This document shows, in pieces, positions 58,911-64,000 of a stretch of 64,000 bases of DNA (position 1 is its first letter; every line of letters begins with the position of its first letter). Made by a program: the position numbers and the translations under genes. The notes under the pieces were generated by a model. That model made no database searches. It was not told the DNA's origin and was given only the letters and a program-made list of their open reading frames with translations. Origin of the DNA: a virus; IMG/VR virus record IMGVR_UViG_3300025012_000031, positions 32,001 to 96,000 of that record; one strand, given 5' to 3'.

Positions 58911-58979
58911 TGGCGATAGGCAGAATCGAACTGCCCCCGCGGACTTATGAAATCCATGGTCATAACCATACATACCGCC
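58911..58979 (-). tRNA. tRNA-Met(CAU), reduced D arm
   Basis: TGGAT-TTCATAA-GTCCG; A73. Confidence 0.7.
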
Positions 58980-59151
58980 AAATTACCAACGACATCCTTT
59001 CGGACATACCGGACGATTTACTTTTGTTCTCCAAACTCGCTCAAAACATTTAGGACAGAATCCAAATGATGTGATGATTAGATTCTTGTAATATTTGAGC
59101 TGCGATTTAAATCTTGGATATTTAAAATTCATTAGTTTACCTTTCTTTGTG

Positions 59152-59225
59152 TGGAGGGAAGTATGGGGTTCGAACCCATGCTCGCCGGGTCACGGCCGAC
59201 GCGACTACCATTATCTTAACGACCC
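59152..59225 (-). tRNA. tRNA-His(GUG), mismatched acceptor
   Basis: GTCGG-CCGTGAC-CCGGC; CCA. Confidence 0.7.
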
Positions 59226-59626
59226 ATTAATCAAGATTCTTTTAATACTTCAAGATGCTTACGAATATACCGCATGAACAACATCGCCTTTTCTTCAGCG
59301 GGGAATGTTGCCTCACCGCAATCTTCAATCGGTACAGGGAACTCGAAGTTCTTATCAATGACTTCATAGTAAAGATTACCAGCCCGATAGCGAACAAAAC
59401 GAACGACTGTCCCTTTAACTAAATCTTTAATATTCAATTCACTCATCTTTGAAATATCCTTCCGTGTCGCTCATTGCATCGCTATAGCCGCTCCAATTGT
59501 CAACACCATATACTTCAAGACGATCAAGGGTATCAGCACTCTTCAGTAGGCTGTTATATTCTTTCTCAGTGATGGTTACCATTTTTTCTTCTGTTGGTTG
59601 AGACATTGAAGTCTCCTTTCATTACG

Positions 59627-59718
59627 TGGTGGTTCTAGGACGGAATTGAACCTCTTGCCCATACGGGGAATGTTCTACAGACATCCGGCAGCACCAGCTA
59701 CCCTTACTTGCAAGAACC
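59627..59718 (-). tRNA. atypical tRNA-Tyr(GUA)
   Basis: GATGT-CTGTAGA-ACATT; 6-bp D stem GGTAGC/GCTGCC; variable arm; A73 CCA. Confidence 0.65.
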
Positions 59719-59899
59719 ATAAGTTATATTACTTCCAACCGTAAAGATCTTTTCCCTGGTACATCCAACGGTGTACCTTCTTTTCGTCGTGTAGTCGACG
59801 TGATCTTTCCTGTGCAGCTCCGAAGTGATGATAGAAAATTCGTTCTTCGTCAAACTCAATTATTGATATCTCCGGCATCATTCTTTCCTTTACTTAATA

Positions 59900-60044
59900 T
59901 GGTGGCCCGCGTTGGAATCGAACCAACATTCCCGGAGACAGTGTCCTCAGAGTCGCGACTAAGAGTTATGATATACCGACATACGTTTCGACATACCACA
60001 AGAAACACCATCCACATGGTCTTAACCGATTAGATGAGCAGGCC
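59900..60044 (-). ncRNA. tRNA-like RNA with about 70 extra nt in anticodon region
   Basis: GGCCTGC/GCGGGCC acceptor, D arm, GTTGG-TTCGATT-CCAAC, ACCA end. Confidence 0.7.
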
Positions 60045-60057
60045 GTGCTTTAATTTT

Positions 60058-60143
60058 TGGTGTACGTAACAGGAGTCGAACCTGTTCAGCATTAAGCAAC
60101 TGGGTTACAGCCAGTCCCGGCTCTCCAACTCCGGCGTACGCAC
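60058..60143 (-). tRNA. tRNA-Tyr(GUA)
   Basis: ACTGG-CTGTAAC-CCAGT; variable arm; CCA. Confidence 0.9.
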
Positions 60144-60285
60144 ATATAATTTTTATCCGTTGGTCGTTGGTCCATAACAAATCGGACAAATGACAGTCTT
60201 GTTATGATGACCGACTTTAAGCCGAAATGAACCGTGTACTTTACAAATTCGTTTGACTTCTATCTTCATTATTCATTCTCCTAAT

Positions 60286-60361
60286 TGGTCGAGTCTCGGG
60301 GTTTCGATCCCCGCTCTACTGCTTTTCAGACAGTTGCTTTCACCAGATTAGCTTAGACCCG
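60286..60361 (-). tRNA. tRNA-Phe(GAA)
   Basis: ACTGT-CTGAAAA-GCAGT; CCA. Confidence 0.9.
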
Positions 60362-60697
60362 ATTGTGTTGTGCTTTATCCAACTATTGATTTGAATGCCC
60401 ATGCAAATGTTAAAACACCCACGAGAATAATGATAAATTGAACTGCTCTATATTGATGTTTCATTACTTCTTATCCGTTGCATCGAGTTTTCTCTTTTGA
60501 TATTTCCCGCAACATTTACATGTGCGATCCTCATATACAGATGTACGAATAATCGTTTCCCACCCAAAATGAAGTGGTACTGTTGTAGAAAACTTTGACC
60601 ACTTCTCCCAGTCATGGAAGAGGCGCCCTTCAAGACAACGGGCAAAGACTTTAAATATTCCTCTGAGTTTCATTCGTTTATTCCTTTTCTTTATGAG

Positions 60698-60770
60698 CGA
60701 GAATGACGGGATTCGAACCCGCGCTACAGGAGTGACAATCCTGCGTGCTAACCGCTAACACTACATCCCC
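60698..60770 (-). tRNA. tRNA-Asp(GUC)
   Basis: CAGGA-TTGTCAC-TCCTG. Confidence 0.93.
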
Positions 60771-60942
60771 GTGTAAATTTTAATCTGCCTCTTTAAGAAA
60801 GACCACAACTATTTCTGCGGCCAATCCTGTAGCAAATGATCCCGATTCTTCATGACGAATCTCAAACGGTGATTCGCATTCGATGATCCAACCATGTCTT
60901 GCTAAAAGTTCTTCGGTCATTTGTTTACCTCATTTGAAAAAT

Positions 60943-61019
60943 TGGTCTATGTGGAGAGATTTGAACTCCCGTCCTCCTGCGTCCAAGGCAGGCCGTCTAC
61001 CAGGCTGACTTACACATAG
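60943..61019 (-). tRNA. tRNA-Pro(UGG)
   Basis: CCTGC-CTTGGAC-GCAGG; CCA. Confidence 0.92.
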
Positions 61020-61033
61020 ATGATGAACATTAG

Positions 61034-61106
61034 CGAGCGCGACGGGATTCGAACCCGCAACAGTCTGATAGACAGTCAGACATCATTACCATTTGAAACC
61101 GTGCCC
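61034..61106 (-). tRNA. tRNA-Asp(GUC)
   Basis: TCTGA-CTGTCTA-TCAGA. Confidence 0.85.
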
Positions 61107-61209
61107 GTACTTTTTTCTTCCGTTCAATCAATGGTGAAGTATTATACAAAATCTTCCTCACTTTGTCAAACAAAATCTTCACAGTACATCATTTTTATTT
61201 CAAAGAACT

Positions 61210-61284
61210 TGGTCGGGATGACAGGATTCGAACCTGCATGGCCTCCGCCCCAAACGGAGTGACTGACCGTTAGCCTACATCCCG
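61210..61284 (-). tRNA. tRNA-Pro(UGG)
   Basis: CTCCG-TTTGGGG-CGGAG; CCA. Confidence 0.92.
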
Positions 61285-61297
61285 ATATTTTAAAACT

Positions 61298-61330
61298 AAA
61301 AAAGGAGCCTACCGATAAGATAGGCTCCCT
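61298..61330 (-). terminator. intrinsic terminator
   Basis: GGAGCCTA...TAGGCTCC-TTTTTT. Confidence 0.8.
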
Positions 61331-61647
61331 TGAAATGGGGAAGGACTCTATACTTAAAGGTTAATCGGTGCTTACACCATAATCCACAGGCGACATCGGA
61401 TAATCAGAGTCGCTAAAAGCAAAATCAAAATGTGGGGATGAATGTGTAAACATGATAAGACCTCTTGTAGTTTTTGTCCGTTTAAGTTATTTATAAAAGC
61501 ACTCTGGTTTTTAGCCAATTTCGTTGTAGGCAATGCCCTGTTCATCGAGGAAATCTTCGATAGCTTGCTTCTGTTCATCGTTCTCATCATCCAATTCGAT
61601 CTCGTAAATTACAATTCCCATATAGTATGTCCTCCTTTCGTTTATTT

Positions 61648-62100
61648 TTATTCCTGTAAAAGTCTGCGGTGAAGAATCTTGAATTCTTCGTCTTTGTTTA
61701 ATCCTTCGAGTGCCGCCAACACTCTTTCTTCTAAACCATAACCACTTCTTGTATAAAATATGACAGCGGCTAAGGTGTTAACTTCTTTACTATTCTTGAT
61801 GATGTTGGTGGTGATATTCTTTATCGTTTCACCACTACAACAGAAATCATCGATGATGATGTACCGCCCCCGGAGTCGACCAACATCACCCCCCGAATGA
61901 CTTGATTTTTTGTCTTCATCTTTACGAATGACATAGATGTTTTTATCCAAGAGGTGTGCCAAAACAAATCCTAATGCCATACCAGAAACACCCCGACACA
62001 CAATAGTGTCAAATTTAATTCCGCTGAGTAATTTCTCACAATCTATAATAGTCTTCTTCCGTTGACTTGGATCAATTGCCTCTTTGAAATAACTTGCCAT
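61648..62100 (-). CDS. type I phosphoribosyltransferase
   Basis: DTIVCRGVSG, VIRK, YIIIDDFCCSGET. Confidence 0.85.
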   Translation of the reverse strand: MASYFKEAIDPSQRKKTIIDCEKLLSGIKFDTIVCRGVSGMALGFVLAHLLDKNIYVIRKDEDKKSSHSGGDVGRLRGRYIIIDDFCCSGETIKNITTNIIKNSKEVNTLAAVIFYTRSGYGLEERVLAALEGLNKDEEFKILHRRLLQE

Positions 62101-62651
62101 GGTTTGTCTCCTCGGTGTTTTTATTCAATGAGGAGATTTTAATACAAAGCGATGATCAAGTCAATATTAAAATTCATCGCCTTACATTTTTATATTCTTC
62201 CTTTATAACGAACCTTACATCTTTTACATGTAGCCGACTGGGTTGATTCACGCCCAACATAAGCAAGTTCGCTTAACCGCCAGGACCAACGATGCCATCC
62301 GATGAAACAAAGAAATTTTCCCATTCATTCTCCTCTTGATTTCTGAAGTATTGCATATGCTTTGTTCCGAAGGTCCGCCTTAATAGCGTTGATCCTTTTT
62401 CTTTCGGCGCGTTCAGCGATAAGAATTTGCTTTTCATCACCTATCCCATCAACAATCTTTTCACAACGTAGACATATCTTAGTGGTGTAAACAAAACGAG
62501 ACTTGCCACTACCCCTACAGAGTTTCACCCAGTTTCCAGTCTCGTCATGTATGATGTCTTCCAGTATTTTAAAACCGTGTCTCTGTTTAACAACAACGTA
62601 TTTATGAATTCCGAATTTACACCAATTCATGATTATCTCCTTCAAGAAAGT

Positions 62652-63731
62652 TTATGCGTCAGAATCCTTTATCAGATAGCGATTAGATATCGCCTTGAAG
62701 CTTAATATCTTACCATAATAATTATTGAATGATTTATGAAAACCGCGGATAACGATACCCTCCCGCTCGTTTGTCGTTCCTTCATATTTCGATTCGGCCA
62801 ATTTAAGAAGGTCATCCATACTATATTCGAATGAATCACCGATTTTAAACAGCGGTACGCGCTTCAAATTGAGGGCATTACAGACAACACCCATATCGTG
62901 GTAATCGTAATACCGCTTCTGGGTTTTATCAAAGACATTGAAGACAAACATATCGATGGCTTTCAACCCAAGACGATTTTTCTGTATGCCCGGGCCGCAG
63001 ATTTCCCCCTGGATGACAAGATGACTAAATTCTTTATCTAACATGATTTCATCAAGACGATATTTTTTAGCAATATTCCAATAAACATTACCGCCTTCTT
63101 TAATCATCAAATTCCTGGAACAAGCAAAGAACCCATCTTCATCAATACCATAGGTTCCTGACGTACCATCACACTTGACGGTAATCTCATACGGCTTCCC
63201 GGTGATTCGTTCAATAAGACTTGGGTCAGATTGAACTCGTGTCTCGTCGGTCCTTGGGAGAATATGATCGGGGAATGATCCCTTGGCGTCACCGTTCTCA
63301 AATGTGATCGGTGGTTCATACTTATTTATCCCGAGAGCATCGGTGAAGTCAATTCCTTCCATGAGGTTGAGATACTCGCATGTGCCATCATTCTCGGACC
63401 TGGCCATACAGAAATGTCCGTTGTCATTCTCCATCAACCATCCATTGTCTTCAAGGATTTCTCGCACAACCGGAAATGGGATGACATAACCCTGGGAGAT
63501 CTGCCCGCGGAGTTTCATTGTGCGGATGCGACCCTTACAATTTTCAAGCTCAGGAAACCGATCAAGTGGAAGTACAGAGTCAATCTCGCAATAGATGACT
63601 AGATCACCTTCCCGATGATATCCCTTTCCAACAACACAATCCCAACCAAGAACCTTTGCAACCTCTATACGATCGGCGTTAGGAATTGGGCGTAAACTTT
63701 CAATCCTTTGAAGCGAGGCTAACTTTCTCAT
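62652..63731 (-). CDS. RNA ligase (Rnl2/DRB0094-like)
   Basis: N-terminal OB IPNADRIE...KLRGQISQG; KCDGTS, IQGEICGPGIQ, EGIV, SFKAISN. Confidence 0.92.
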   Translation of the reverse strand: MRKLASLQRIESLRPIPNADRIEVAKVLGWDCVVGKGYHREGDLVIYCEIDSVLPLDRFPELENCKGRIRTMKLRGQISQGYVIPFPVVREILEDNGWLMENDNGHFCMARSENDGTCEYLNLMEGIDFTDALGINKYEPPITFENGDAKGSFPDHILPRTDETRVQSDPSLIERITGKPYEITVKCDGTSGTYGIDEDGFFACSRNLMIKEGGNVYWNIAKKYRLDEIMLDKEFSHLVIQGEICGPGIQKNRLGLKAIDMFVFNVFDKTQKRYYDYHDMGVVCNALNLKRVPLFKIGDSFEYSMDDLLKLAESKYEGTTNEREGIVIRGFHKSFNNYYGKILSFKAISNRYLIKDSDA

Positions 63732-64000
63732 TCGTTTCTCCTTTTCTGTATTCAAACAAGTCATCATGTTTGCCCTGTAATGAAAACAGCGCATCATCTC
63801 GTTGTTCTATCGTTTTATAACTTTTCCACTTTTTCCATTCACCCCATGATTTAAACACCGGGCGAGTCATCTTCCACTCGATTGTGAATGGTTTCTTTAT
63901 CTTTGCCCGACTTTTACGGTGTTTTGGAATCTCTTCATCATTCATCACGGTACCTCACTCAAACGGATATTCTTGCCCCTGACTTCCGTCAGGAAAGATT

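Noticed and set aside
59627-59718. selC
   Set aside because: Anticodon is GUA, not UCA
27570-61284. CRISPR array
   Set aside because: Recurring GGTTCGA motifs are tRNA T arms with irregular spacing; no cas genes
1-64000. Genome-wide TAG reassignment suggested by the CUA tRNA
   Set aside because: Long genes, including lysis and capsid genes, are intact in code 11, and TAG ends several genes at sensible positions (10907, 24402, 26830, 43400)

Overview
This window is part of a large T4-like (Tevenvirinae-style) phage genome, with almost all genes on the minus strand. A Geobacter-type pilin N-terminus and a GEMM-I riboswitch with the cGAMP-type signature point to a Geobacterales/Desulfuromonadales-type host (inference). 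Contents: topoisomerase II large subunit, RuvC-like resolvase, NAD-dependent ligase, three radical SAM enzymes, a lysis cassette, a gp23/gp24-like capsid paralogue and an RNA ligase. From 19.4 to 61.3 kb there are about 45 tRNAs covering all 20 amino acids plus an amber suppressor, interleaved with a GOLLD-like RNA, odd tRNA-like RNAs, seven free-standing homing endonucleases and about 14 ORFs with capsid-targeting-like N-termini. Best candidates for new biology: (1) a split RlmN/Cfr-like radical SAM enzyme whose AACG methyl-carrier cysteine sits on a separate 38-aa peptide 3 kb away, with no resolving cysteine at the usual position, which could covalently tag a nucleic acid with a peptide; (2) a phage cGAMP-type riboswitch, with HD and 2H phosphodiesterase genes elsewhere in the window; (3) an amber suppressor, amber-containing leader peptide and peptidyl-tRNA hydrolase-like operon; (4) endonuclease cassettes that split their target gene and supply a diverged replacement. 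All calls come from reading motifs by eye; no searches were run.
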